Below, piece by piece: positions 8,925-17,525 of a stretch of 62,160 bases of DNA. The translations under genes were made by a program, and so were the position numbers. Positions within the stretch are counted from its first letter, which is position 1. Each line of letters starts with the position of its first letter. The notes beneath the pieces are model-generated. The model saw nothing but the letters and a program-made list of their open reading frames with translations. It had not been told where the DNA came from and made no database searches. Origin of the DNA: a virus (Duplodnaviria; Caudoviricetes); IMG/VR virus record IMGVR_UViG_3300020129_000334, positions 1-62,160 of that record. One strand, 5' to 3'.

Positions 8925-9482
8925 TCAGAATGCCCAGCCGAACGTGACGGCTACGCGCGGGCGCACGACCGATTGCGTGTGAACATCTGCGGAAGGATCG
9001 CCGTCGGCCGGAATCTCCTTGTCGACGTGGACGTACTGCACTCCGGCGCTCAGGCCGATGAGGACGTGCTCGATCACCGCCTGGTAGCCGACGTCCACCG
9101 CGCCACCCAGGTTGCGAAAATCGACGCCCGGCCCGCGGTAGCTGCCCACGAGCAAGGACGGTCCGAAGTAGAGCCCCCCCGGCCCCTGTTCCGTGACGAA
9201 ATAGCGGTAGCCCAGCTCCCCCCCGAAGCCGTGCCAGTCGTGTGTGGTCGGTGGCGCCTTCGGATCGGCCGCTGGGACCGACGTGCTTGTGCCCATGTAG
9301 AAGCCGGACAGGACGATCCCATGGTGCGCCAACGGAACGATCTCGAGCTGCGCGCCGTAATGGCCGACGAAGAGCCCGAGCGGCGTCACCTCGAGAGCGA
9401 CGGGATGCGCAGCGGGCGGGGGCTCCAGGGCTCCGGAATCGGCAGAGAGAGCGGCGACGGTGGCGAGGGCGAGGATGTTCAT
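8925..9482 (-). CDS. Outer-membrane beta-barrel protein (small barrel, DUF3575-like)
   Basis: Signal-like N-terminus, alternating amphipathic strands (GGELGYRYF, GAVDVGYQ), C-terminal aromatic motif TFGWAF. Confidence 0.75.
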   Translation of the reverse strand: MNILALATVAALSADSGALEPPPAAHPVALEVTPLGLFVGHYGAQLEIVPLAHHGIVLSGFYMGTSTSVPAADPKAPPTTHDWHGFGGELGYRYFVTEQGPGGLYFGPSLLVGSYRGPGVDFRNLGGAVDVGYQAVIEHVLIGLSAGVQYVHVDKEIPADGDPSADVHTQSVVRPRVAVTFGWAF

Positions 9483-9564
9483 GGCGGGCTCCTTAGCACG
9501 GGTGAGGCCAACCTGAGGCGAACCGGAGGGACCCGCAAGCCCCCCCGGACCGATCGTCGCTACA

Positions 9565-10128
9565 TCAGAGGCTCAGTTGCCAGTACCAGTGCTCCCAGGG
9601 CTCCCAGTCGGCATCGTTCGCGCCCCCGAGCTTGACCTCCGCATAGAAACCGCTCGTCCAGCCTCCGATGGGATCGCAGATCGTGGCATTGCTGCACCAC
9701 ATGCGGCGGAGGACCAGGCCGTCATTGTCGTGCGTGATCTTCCCGTTCCAATTCAGCGTCCACCGCTGGCGAGGATTGTTCGGGTCGCAATTGACCGTGC
9801 CGATATTGTAGGCCAGATGGTCCCCAAACTCGTCCAGATTGCTAAGGCACTTCCAATTCCACTTGCTGACGATCTGGTGCGTGTTGAGGTTGTAGGCCCA
9901 TTGCTGATTGATCAGGCCATTGCAGTCCCACATCGCCACGTAGGCGCCATTCGTGTTGTTGAAGGCATACACGTCGAGGCACTGGCCGGCTGCCTTCAAA
10001 GAGCCGATATCGTAGGTGGGCGGCGCGGAGACGGCTTGGGCCTGTGTGCTGGTTTCCTCGCTCGAGGTAACAGGTGCGGCGCAGGCGGCGAGAGCGAGAG
10101 CGAAGATGAAAATGTATTTGCGGATCAC
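9565..10128 (-). CDS. Ricin-B (beta-trefoil) lectin lipoprotein, paralogue 3
   Basis: Lipobox LAAC; GQCLDV...WDCNGLINQQW, KCL...NCDPNNPRQRW (QxW repeats). Confidence 0.85.
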   Translation of the reverse strand: MIRKYIFIFALALAACAAPVTSSEETSTQAQAVSAPPTYDIGSLKAAGQCLDVYAFNNTNGAYVAMWDCNGLINQQWAYNLNTHQIVSKWNWKCLSNLDEFGDHLAYNIGTVNCDPNNPRQRWTLNWNGKITHDNDGLVLRRMWCSNATICDPIGGWTSGFYAEVKLGGANDADWEPWEHWYWQLSL

Positions 10129-10159
10129 GATGGTCCTCGTTTTGCGGGTGAGCGATTCG

Positions 10160-10750
10160 TCAATTGACGGTCAGTTGCCAGGTCCAGCGTTCCCAGGTCT
10201 GCCAATCGGCGTCATCGCACTTCCCGAGCATTACGGCCGTCCAATAGCCGTGCGTATAGCCCCCAGCGCCGTCCGGATTCGTGACTGCATGGGTGAACCA
10301 CTGACGACGCATGCACCATTCTGGATGGGTGTCGTAGATGATCTTTCCGTTCCAGTTGAGCGTAAACCGCTGGCGCTCGTCGTTGGGATCGCAGTCATTC
10401 ATGCCGATGGATATAGCCCCCATCCCGTACCAATCGTGATTCCACGTGGTAAGGCATTTCCAACTCCACTGGCTCACGATCTGGTGCGTGGCGAAGTTAT
10501 AGGCCCACTTCTGATTTTGGAGACCGTTGCAGTCCCAATTGGTCAGCGTACCGAGGGCGCTAAGTGTGTTGAAAGCGTAGACGTCGAGGCAATAGCCGTT
10601 CTCCTTCAAAGATCCGATGTCATAGCCGGGGGGCGCAACGACGGCCTGCGATTGGCTGCCGGTTTCTTCGGATGACGACGTGGGAGCCACGCACCCGGGC
10701 GCAGTCAGCGCAACGAAGATGGCCAACGGGAAAGTCTTACGAATCATCAT
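10160..10750 (-). CDS. Ricin-B lectin lipoprotein, paralogue 2
   Basis: Lipobox-like APGC; GYCLDV...WDCNGLQNQKW; colinear with paralogue 3. Confidence 0.85.
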   Translation of the reverse strand: MMIRKTFPLAIFVALTAPGCVAPTSSSEETGSQSQAVVAPPGYDIGSLKENGYCLDVYAFNTLSALGTLTNWDCNGLQNQKWAYNFATHQIVSQWSWKCLTTWNHDWYGMGAISIGMNDCDPNDERQRFTLNWNGKIIYDTHPEWCMRRQWFTHAVTNPDGAGGYTHGYWTAVMLGKCDDADWQTWERWTWQLTVN

Positions 10751-10770
10751 GTCCTCTTTGCGGTTGGATT

Positions 10771-11283
10771 TCAGTCCCAAGCGAAGGTGGAGTAATAAGG
10801 CCATTCGGAATCGTGGCAGCCGGCGAGAAACAAAGCGTCCCCGCTCCCATGGCTGTTGCCGGGGCTATGGTCCCAGTATTGGGCACGCAGGCACTTGCCA
10901 TCGTACTGGTTGATGATCTCGCCGCTGAGGCTGTCGAATGACCAGCGCTGATTTGGCAGTCCGTTGCAGTCCCAAAGGCCAACGGAGGTATGGTCAAAGC
11001 CGATGTTGTCGAGGCACTTGCCGTTGTACTTCGAGACGATCGCATGCGTGTCGGCGTTGTAGACCCAGCCCTGATTGACGAGGCCGTTGCAGTCCCAGAG
11101 ATCGAGCGTGAGATTGCCGTTGCGCGTGTTGAACGAGAAGACGTCGAGGCAAAGACCGCGGGTCCGGATCGTCCCGAGATCGGTGACATACGCCTCGCTC
11201 GTTGTGCCGGTGTCTTCGGATGGCGCTGGGGCCCCACATCCGCAAAGAAGCGCGAGCAGCCCGAGGGGAATTAGCCGGCGCAT
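10771..11283 (-). CDS. Ricin-B lectin lipoprotein, paralogue 1
   Basis: Lipobox LCGC; GLCLDV...WDCNGLVNQGW, GKCLD...WDCNGLPNQRW, GKCL. Confidence 0.85.
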   Translation of the reverse strand: MRRLIPLGLLALLCGCGAPAPSEDTGTTSEAYVTDLGTIRTRGLCLDVFSFNTRNGNLTLDLWDCNGLVNQGWVYNADTHAIVSKYNGKCLDNIGFDHTSVGLWDCNGLPNQRWSFDSLSGEIINQYDGKCLRAQYWDHSPGNSHGSGDALFLAGCHDSEWPYYSTFAWD

Positions 11284-11615
11284 CAATAATACTCGCGGGT
11301 CAGGCCGAGCCGCCGGAGGTCGTCCTCTTTCAGGCGGTACGTTTCGTTCGGCACCACGTGGGCGACCATGAACGTGTAGTAAATGATCTGGTCGGAATGC
11401 TTGCGAATGCCATCACGCATTCCTTGCTTGGGATCTCCGGAAGAGGACATCTTGCCAATGCGTCGCTCCTCTTCTCCGAGCACCGCGTCCATCTCCTCGA
11501 GCTTCGCGAGCTGCCCCTTGTAGTTCGCGAGCTTGTCTTCGTGGTACTTCAGGCGCCCCGCGAGCATGTCTTTCAGTTCGGCACTCTTGAGGTCGATCTG
11601 CAGTCCTTCGATCAT
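11283..11615 (-). CDS. Hypothetical helical protein
   Basis: AAAGGAG RBS. Confidence 0.8.
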   Translation of the reverse strand: MIEGLQIDLKSAELKDMLAGRLKYHEDKLANYKGQLAKLEEMDAVLGEEERRIGKMSSSGDPKQGMRDGIRKHSDQIIYYTFMVAHVVPNETYRLKEDDLRRLGLTREYY

Positions 11616-11642
11616 GGTCGGCTCCTTTCACTTGCCGGTCGT

Positions 11643-11888
11643 TCACTTCACTCGTCGCACGCGCTCGTATGGCTCCCAGCCTTCCGGCTCGAGAATGTCT
11701 GCCGTCCGAACGAGCAAAGCGTGCAACATACAGCTCTCATCCCACATCGGGCTGTTTTCCTCGTAGCAGCCGCCGTAGCGCGTGCTCGACGTCTTGCTGC
11801 AGGCTGTGCAGACGAACACCGTCCCCTCCGGCGCGCGCGTGTTGCCCATCTTGGCGTTGAGCTTCTTCAGCTCGGCATCCGTGATCAC
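11643..11888 (-). CDS. Cys-rich hypothetical protein
   Basis: GAGGGAG RBS before GTG; FVCTACSK...WDESC. Confidence 0.65.
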   Translation of the reverse strand: MITDAELKKLNAKMGNTRAPEGTVFVCTACSKTSSTRYGGCYEENSPMWDESCMLHALLVRTADILEPEGWEPYERVRRVK

Positions 11889-12116
11889 CGCTCCCTCGTC
11901 GCCACCCGCGCCGCGCTCAGGGCCACGTCGGCCGGCCAGCCAAAGCAGCGCTCCAGCAAGACGGCGATCTCTTCGGCGGTACGCTCTTGGTTGCGGGAAA
12001 GCAGGGCACGCGCGTCGAGGATCGCGTCGTTCGTCGTCTTCAGCTCCGGCCCCATCCCGCTGCCCACCCCCTTCTTCGCGGCAACCCAGTACCAAACAGT
12101 GCAAGCGAAGGGAAGC

Positions 12117-12482
12117 TTAGTTGACGCTCCGTTGCAGGTCCGCGGAAGTCTGGGACTTTTCCGGCTGGCGAGTGCTTTCACGTTTGCCTTGCCATTCCCA
12201 GGTGCTCGCCCGAAACAGGGCTTCGCCGAGGATACCGACGAGCCGGCTCGCGAGTCGTTCCGACACCATCGACATTCCCAGCACCACGGCCAGCGCCAGG
12301 TCAAAAAACATGTTGAAGTGCTCGCGGAGCCAGGGGACCCAAGGGCAGATGGCCAGGAAGACGGTCGCCGCGCCGGTGAAAAAGACCCGAAGGCGAAGCA
12401 TCCTCGAATGGGCTTCCATCGTGGCGTTCAGGCGTTGGCACTGGCATCCAGAAGAGTGAAGAGCGCACGGCTTCATCGGCAT
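12117..12482 (-). CDS. Putative two-helix membrane protein
   Basis: Two hydrophobic segments; divergent from terS. Confidence 0.5.
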   Translation of the reverse strand: MPMKPCALHSSGCQCQRLNATMEAHSRMLRLRVFFTGAATVFLAICPWVPWLREHFNMFFDLALAVVLGMSMVSERLASRLVGILGEALFRASTWEWQGKRESTRQPEKSQTSADLQRSVN

Positions 12483-12514
12483 AATCGGTATCCCCCGCTG
12501 TCCTGGTGAAATGA

Positions 12515-12961
12515 ATGTCGGATGTGAAGCCGGGAAACGGTCTCGCGCCCCCGACCAAAGAGGAACGTGTCCAGCTCTGCATGAAGTTGATGCGGACGGG
12601 CCGCTGGCGTCGGGGCATTACAGAAAAGAACGTCGCCGCCCATTGGGGCCTAAGCGAGGATAGCGTCCGTGCCTACAGCGCAGAGGCCTGGCGTCGCGTG
12701 CGAACCGAGGTGACAGACCCCGACGCAACAGCAGCCACCATTTGCTCGGCGCTCGAGGCCGTCATCGTAGAAGCCAAGGGTAAGGGGCTCGCCGGCCATC
12801 GGTCGATCATCGAGGCGGGCAAGGCATGGGCGGCTATCTCGGGGGCCGGCGCTCCGACGCGGTTTGAGATGGGCGCTCTCTCGACCATGAGCGATGAGGA
12901 GCTGGAGCGGCGTCGTAAGGAGCTGGCCGCGCGTCTGTCGGAGGGAGACGACGAGAAGTAA
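12515..12961 (+). CDS. terS: Putative terminase small subunit
   Basis: First rightward gene upstream of TerL; HTH-like VAAHWGLSEDSVRAY; C-terminal LSTMSDEEL is typical of TerS. Confidence 0.6.
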   Translation: MSDVKPGNGLAPPTKEERVQLCMKLMRTGRWRRGITEKNVAAHWGLSEDSVRAYSAEAWRRVRTEVTDPDATAATICSALEAVIVEAKGKGLAGHRSIIEAGKAWAAISGAGAPTRFEMGALSTMSDEELERRRKELAARLSEGDDEK

Positions 12962-12973
12962 CCGCCCATCGAG

Positions 12974-13675
12974 TCATTCCGCGGCCTGGGCGTGGCTCAT
13001 GGCATGGGCGAAGTAGTCGCGGAGCACATTCAGCGCCTCAATCAGCCGTGCGTCCGTCTTCAGCTTCTTATTCTCGTTCTTAAGCTCGATGTTCTCCGTC
13101 GCGAGCTTCAGATTCTCCGACTCGTACAGCTTGAGCAGCTCCTTCTGATCGCCATCGGGAAGCGCCTCCACTGCGGCCGCTGTCGTATCGGGATCGGCCT
13201 TCATCTCGGCCTTCGGTGCTGCGGCAGACGGAGGGGGCGGCGGAACGGGCGGCGGCACTTCGCCTTTCAAGAGATGCTCCGGCGCGCTCATGTCGAAAGC
13301 CGGGTCGTCAATGTTGACGGGGACCGCGTTCCGGATGCCCTTTACAAGCCGCGGACGGGACGGTGCAGGCTTTCGCTCAACGCTGGCGCCCGTCTTTGCC
13401 AGTGGCTTGAAGAGCGTGGGCCACTTCGCCGCTTGCTTCGGAAGCATGACAAGCGGAAGTCGATGGTCCTCGGCAATCTTCTTCACTCGTGCCAGCTCAC
13501 CGTGGCTCGCCATCTCGTGCATGAAGAGCACACCATCGCAGCCGTAGAGATTCGGTGAATTGCGGTTTGCGTCGTAGATCCGGTCGCCAATTTCGATGTC
13601 ATGTAGCTTCAACTTGGCGATGATGCCGACGAGAAACTGCGCCGGAAAGTGACTGAAGAGAGCTGCCTGGATCAT
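12974..13675 (-). CDS. DUF2325-like domain plus Pro-rich linker and coiled coil
   Basis: CDGVLFMHEMASHGELARVKKIAEDHRLPLV resembles DUF2325; ATGA-coupled to the PadR gene. Confidence 0.6.
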   Translation of the reverse strand: MIQAALFSHFPAQFLVGIIAKLKLHDIEIGDRIYDANRNSPNLYGCDGVLFMHEMASHGELARVKKIAEDHRLPLVMLPKQAAKWPTLFKPLAKTGASVERKPAPSRPRLVKGIRNAVPVNIDDPAFDMSAPEHLLKGEVPPPVPPPPPSAAAPKAEMKADPDTTAAAVEALPDGDQKELLKLYESENLKLATENIELKNENKKLKTDARLIEALNVLRDYFAHAMSHAQAAE

Positions 13676-13986
13676 CGGTCTTCCCCTTTGCTGAATGAGC
13701 CGAGCGCCTTTCGCGTGCGTTCGTATTCGGCCCGGCCCTGTTTGGTGATCTCGTACCAACGTTTCGGTTTGCCGCCACGGCGAACACCGGCCATCTCCTC
13801 GCGCTCGTGCGATCGGATCAGGCCAGCCTCCTCCATTTTGGAAAGCATCACGTAAGCGCCCCCGCGATTCAATTGGACGTGTCCGTCCGAGCGAGCCGCA
13901 ATGCGCTGAATCAGGGCTAGCCCGTAACCGGGCCCCTCCATCAGCTCCTGGAGCAAGGCAAAGCGCGAATTCAGGGGCGGGGACAT
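13672..13986 (-). CDS. PadR-family transcription regulator
   Basis: LLQELMEGPGYGLALI...GGAYVMLSKMEEAGLI...KRWYEITKQG. Confidence 0.88.
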   Translation of the reverse strand: MSPPLNSRFALLQELMEGPGYGLALIQRIAARSDGHVQLNRGGAYVMLSKMEEAGLIRSHEREEMAGVRRGGKPKRWYEITKQGRAEYERTRKALGSFSKGEDR

Positions 13987-14125
13987 GTGCGCCCTGGGAT
14001 CTACCCGCGCCTTCGACGCCTGGGCAAGTGTCTCGTGCTGCAAGCGCTTGCAACTGCTGCCTTTCCACTTGGTGAAGGGCGCTCCGTAACTCGTCGATAA
14101 CGTCCAAGAATCCGAGGCCTGACCG

Positions 14126-14581
14126 TTGGAAAGTGTCGCTACGGAAAATTCGCAAGCGAGCCCTTCACTGCCTGTTCTTTTGCGCCCGATGCGGGACGAG
14201 GACCGGCCGTTTATCACCGACTCCTGGTTGCTCGCTTTCCGAGGAAGCTCGATCGGGCGAGACGGCGGCCCCGCATACATGCATGACATGAAGTGGCTTA
14301 TCCGCCGCTTTCTGGAGCGTGGTGCGGTGCTAGTCGCTGCGGACGAGGACGAGCCGGGGGCCATCTGGGGCTGGTCAGCAACGACGGCAAACACGGTCCT
14401 TTACACGTACGTCCGCCATGAATTCCGTCAACAGGGCGTCGGGAGTCTTCTGCTCGCTCCATTCCTGAAGCGACGAGACATCACCTATTGCGCGCGCCCG
14501 CAGATTCGCGACGTCCCCATCCCGCCCGGCTGGCGGTACTCGTTTCTCGCCGGGCTTCGTCTTCTCGAGCGAGGTCCGTAG
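14126..14581 (+). CDS. GNAT-family acetyltransferase
   Basis: LRPMRDEDRPFI...YTYVRHEFRQQGVGSLLL (motif A); start uncertain. Confidence 0.8.
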   Translation: MESVATENSQASPSLPVLLRPMRDEDRPFITDSWLLAFRGSSIGRDGGPAYMHDMKWLIRRFLERGAVLVAADEDEPGAIWGWSATTANTVLYTYVRHEFRQQGVGSLLLAPFLKRRDITYCARPQIRDVPIPPGWRYSFLAGLRLLERGP

Positions 14582-14920
14582 ATGAGCTACTCGGTCAACG
14601 TCACGCTCTCGATCAGCGTCACGGGGAACGGTCGTAACGATTCGCAAACGTACACGGTCGCGAGCACGACGAGCCCAGGCCTCCGTGAGCCGTTCCTCGT
14701 CGTCAATGGCCGCGGGAGCGTGACGGTTCCTGTTGGCGCCACGATGGCCGTCATTGTCCCGCCGACCTCCTCGAGCGTCGTCAAAACCTGGGATGCGAGC
14801 GGCACCGAGGGCGGGCCTATCGGCATGACGACGCCGACGTGGATCACGCTGCCGGCCGGCACCACCGCGCTCTGGATTGGCGGCGACGGAACGGAAGCGA
14901 TCGAAGTCTTCATCCTGTAG
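14582..14920 (+). CDS. Hypothetical beta-rich virion-region protein
   Basis: Directly follows the GNAT gene; Thr/Val/Gly rich. Confidence 0.7.
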   Translation: MSYSVNVTLSISVTGNGRNDSQTYTVASTTSPGLREPFLVVNGRGSVTVPVGATMAVIVPPTSSSVVKTWDASGTEGGPIGMTTPTWITLPAGTTALWIGGDGTEAIEVFIL

Positions 14921-14928
14921 GAGCGCGC

Positions 14929-15069
14929 ATGCCGCTGAAGTCTGGTTCCAGTCAAAAGACCATCTCGTCCAACATCAAAGAGCTAGTCGGCGCCGGCCAC
15001 CCGCAGAAGCAAGCGGTCGCCATTGCCGAGAAGAAGGCCGGCAAGAGCCGGAAGAAGGGAAAGAAGTAA
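14929..15069 (+). CDS. Small basic phage protein ([19 protein letters not shown]..., 46 aa)
   Basis: PLKxGxSxKTISxNI...KQAVAIA is a motif common near phage terminase genes; AGGAG RBS. Confidence 0.8.
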   Translation: MPLKSGSSQKTISSNIKELVGAGHPQKQAVAIAEKKAGKSRKKGKK

Positions 15070-15335
15070 TGGCCAGTGCCAAGAGCCTTGCGCCGTCTGC
15101 CACGCTCGACCCCACGACGCTGCCGAAGGCCGATTATGTCGCACCGCCAATGCCGGTCTACGTAGACGCCGACGCCGATCCTGCGCCCAAAGCTCCCGAT
15201 CCTGCGGCCCCGCTCGGCGACCGTGAGTCCATCATCGCCTGGCTTCGCGCCCACCGTACGGCGGAGTCGGTCGACCAGGAGCATTTCCGTAAGAAGCTCG
15301 CCACTGATATCGAGGCGCAGAAGGATCGTCAGTAA
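15069..15335 (+). CDS. Hypothetical protein (MASAKSL...)
   Basis: TAATG overlaps at both ends. Confidence 0.7.
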   Translation: MASAKSLAPSATLDPTTLPKADYVAPPMPVYVDADADPAPKAPDPAAPLGDRESIIAWLRAHRTAESVDQEHFRKKLATDIEAQKDRQ

Positions 15336-15571
15336 TGCGGCTGAAGATTGTTCAAACGAATTGCGACATTTTCACCCCCGACGGCCACGGAGCAAAGGCC
15401 TCGTATTTCCGAGACAAGGACTACGAGCTGTCGCTTGAGGGGGCTTTCATTCGCTTCCGCTCGCGGCATGTCAAAGACAGCGAGACGTACGAGATCCCGA
15501 TGGCCAACGTCGCCATGATCGCGCGCCTCCCCGACGAGCCTGCAAACGACAACGCGAAGAGGGGCAAGTGA
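15335..15571 (+). CDS. Hypothetical protein with C-terminal PANDN
   Basis: Coupled ORF. Confidence 0.7.
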   Translation: MRLKIVQTNCDIFTPDGHGAKASYFRDKDYELSLEGAFIRFRSRHVKDSETYEIPMANVAMIARLPDEPANDNAKRGK

Positions 15572-15864
15572 TCGTCGCCCGGTGCCCGAAGTGCGGCTAT
15601 CCAGACACGTTCGACGGCCAGCACTTCAAGGGCATCTATACCCCTGGTGAGCCCTGCAGCCATTGCGATGCGGTCGAGGGAGAGGGAGACGAAGTGAAAG
15701 ACCATGTCCACACGCTCGTGCGTCTCGCCGATGAATACGGGTGCGATTGCGGCGTCATGATCTCGGCTGCGCAGTACGAGGCCATTCGGAGCATCCTCCC
15801 GGAGGGCTGGCGACTGCTCACCGACGCCGAAGCTCAGGCAGAGAGCGAGAAGGCCAAGACGTAG
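15568..15864 (+). CDS. Zn-ribbon hypothetical protein
   Basis: CPKC and CSHC motifs. Confidence 0.65.
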   Translation: MIVARCPKCGYPDTFDGQHFKGIYTPGEPCSHCDAVEGEGDEVKDHVHTLVRLADEYGCDCGVMISAAQYEAIRSILPEGWRLLTDAEAQAESEKAKT

Positions 15865-17283
15865 TTGGCGGTAGATAAGCGTCTCCTCCTCGAAGCCCAG
15901 GCCCTTCAGAAAGAGATTGAACGGCGAGCTGCGGAGAAGACGCTCCACGACCCGATTAGCTTCGTCAAAAGCTGCGGATTCACCCCGGACCCTTGGCAGG
16001 AGAAGGTTCTTCGGTGCGACGAGCGGCGGATTCTGCTCCTCACCGCGCGCCAGGCGGGCAAGTCGAGCATTTGCGGCTTCCTCGCGCTCCACCGCGCGCT
16101 GACGGTGCTCGAGGCGCTCATTCTCTGCATCTCGCCATCGCAGCGTCAGAGCACCGAGCTTCTCCTCAAGGTCAAGTCGGCGATCGCGAACATGCCGATC
16201 CCGTGCGAGCTGGTCGAAGACAACAAGCTCTCGCTCACCTTCAAGAACGGTTCGCGCATCGTCTCGCTTCCGGCGAATGAAGGCACCATCCGCGGCTTCT
16301 CCGCCGTCAACCTGCTGATCGAGGACGAGGCCGGCGACGTTCCCGACGAGCTTTACGTGGCCATTCGCCCGATGCTCGCGACCAGCAACGGTCAGCACTT
16401 GCTGATGGGGACGCCGAAGGGGCGACGTGGGCACTTCTTCGAGCAGTGGGAGCGCGGCGGGGACAAGTGGGAGCGCATCCGCGTCAAGGGGACCGCGATC
16501 AGCCGCTACACCCCCGGCTTCCTCAAGCAAGAGAAGGAAGACATGTTCGCGCGCGGTCTGGCCGACATGTTCCGCCAGGAGTACGAGTGCGAATTCATCA
16601 ATGCTGCGGCCGGGCGCGTCTACTCCGGCTTTGATGAGCAGCGCAACATGGTCGAGGAGCTGCCGACGGGGCACTTCGACGAATGGACGTACCTCTGCGG
16701 GCTCGACTTCGGCATCAAGGACGACAATGCCGTCACGGTCCTTGGCTGGCGCGCGCATGACCCGTGCGTCTACGTGATCGAGAGCTACCGCATTCACGGA
16801 ATCCCGTACGAGATGGCCGAAGAGGTGAAGCGTCTCGACGAGCGTTATCACTTTGCGCGCATCGTGGGCGACGTCGGCGGCATGGGGAAGGCCTTCGCGG
16901 AGGAAGCTCGCCGCCGGTTCTTCGTTCCGATCGAGGCCGCCGACAAGCACAACAAGCTGGGCTACATCGCGCTGCTCAACGGCGACCTTCACACGGGCCG
17001 GCTGAAGCTTCTGCGCCACGCCACCAAGGATCTTCAGGCCGAATGGATGGAGCTGGCCTGGGCGGAAGGCGGCAAAAAGGAGCTCGACGGCATTCCCAAT
17101 CACGCCGCGGATAGCTGCCTGTACTCCTGGCGCGCCGCCAATGCGTTTCTCGAGCAGCACCAGCGAGTGATCCTGCCAGGGAGTCCGGAATGGGCGAAAC
17201 GGGAACAGGAAGAGATCCTCGCGAAGGACCTCGAGAAGCAAATGAAGATGCGATCGGCGGAGTGGTGGGAGACAAGCAATTGA
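15865..17283 (+). CDS. terL: Terminase large subunit
   Basis: PDPWQ, Walker A ARQAGKS, Walker B LLIEDEA, coupling motif MGTP, nuclease GLDFG and NHAADS. Confidence 0.95.
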   Translation: MAVDKRLLLEAQALQKEIERRAAEKTLHDPISFVKSCGFTPDPWQEKVLRCDERRILLLTARQAGKSSICGFLALHRALTVLEALILCISPSQRQSTELLLKVKSAIANMPIPCELVEDNKLSLTFKNGSRIVSLPANEGTIRGFSAVNLLIEDEAGDVPDELYVAIRPMLATSNGQHLLMGTPKGRRGHFFEQWERGGDKWERIRVKGTAISRYTPGFLKQEKEDMFARGLADMFRQEYECEFINAAAGRVYSGFDEQRNMVEELPTGHFDEWTYLCGLDFGIKDDNAVTVLGWRAHDPCVYVIESYRIHGIPYEMAEEVKRLDERYHFARIVGDVGGMGKAFAEEARRRFFVPIEAADKHNKLGYIALLNGDLHTGRLKLLRHATKDLQAEWMELAWAEGGKKELDGIPNHAADSCLYSWRAANAFLEQHQRVILPGSPEWAKREQEEILAKDLEKQMKMRSAEWWETSN

Positions 17284-17525
17284 TCTCGAATACGCCGCTC
17301 GAGGTGCTCAGCGAATTGGCCAAGTGGATGCGTGAGAATGGGGCCCGCCGCGCGCGCTGCGGAGACGTGGAGCTGGAGCTGGGGCCGATGCCGCATCCGA
17401 CTCCTGGGCCCGAAGAAGAGATCACCGATGCCGAGGCCGCCGCACGCATCTATCGCCAGGGGAAGAACCGCGACGCCTTCCTCTTTGCCAGCTCCGAAGG
17501 CTTTCCTGAGGGCTTCGATGAGTGA
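17280..17525 (+). CDS. Small conserved-position protein between TerL and portal
   Basis: TTG start overlapping the TerL stop; LAKWMRENGARRARCGDVELELG. Confidence 0.65.
   Translation: MISNTPLEVLSELAKWMRENGARRARCGDVELELGPMPHPTPGPEEEITDAEAAARIYRQGKNRDAFLFASSEGFPEGFDE

Noticed and set aside
9565-11283. Diversity-generating retroelement acting on the lectins
   Set aside because: No reverse transcriptase ORF and no near-identical TR/VR pair with adenine-specific differences; divergence looks like ordinary paralogy.
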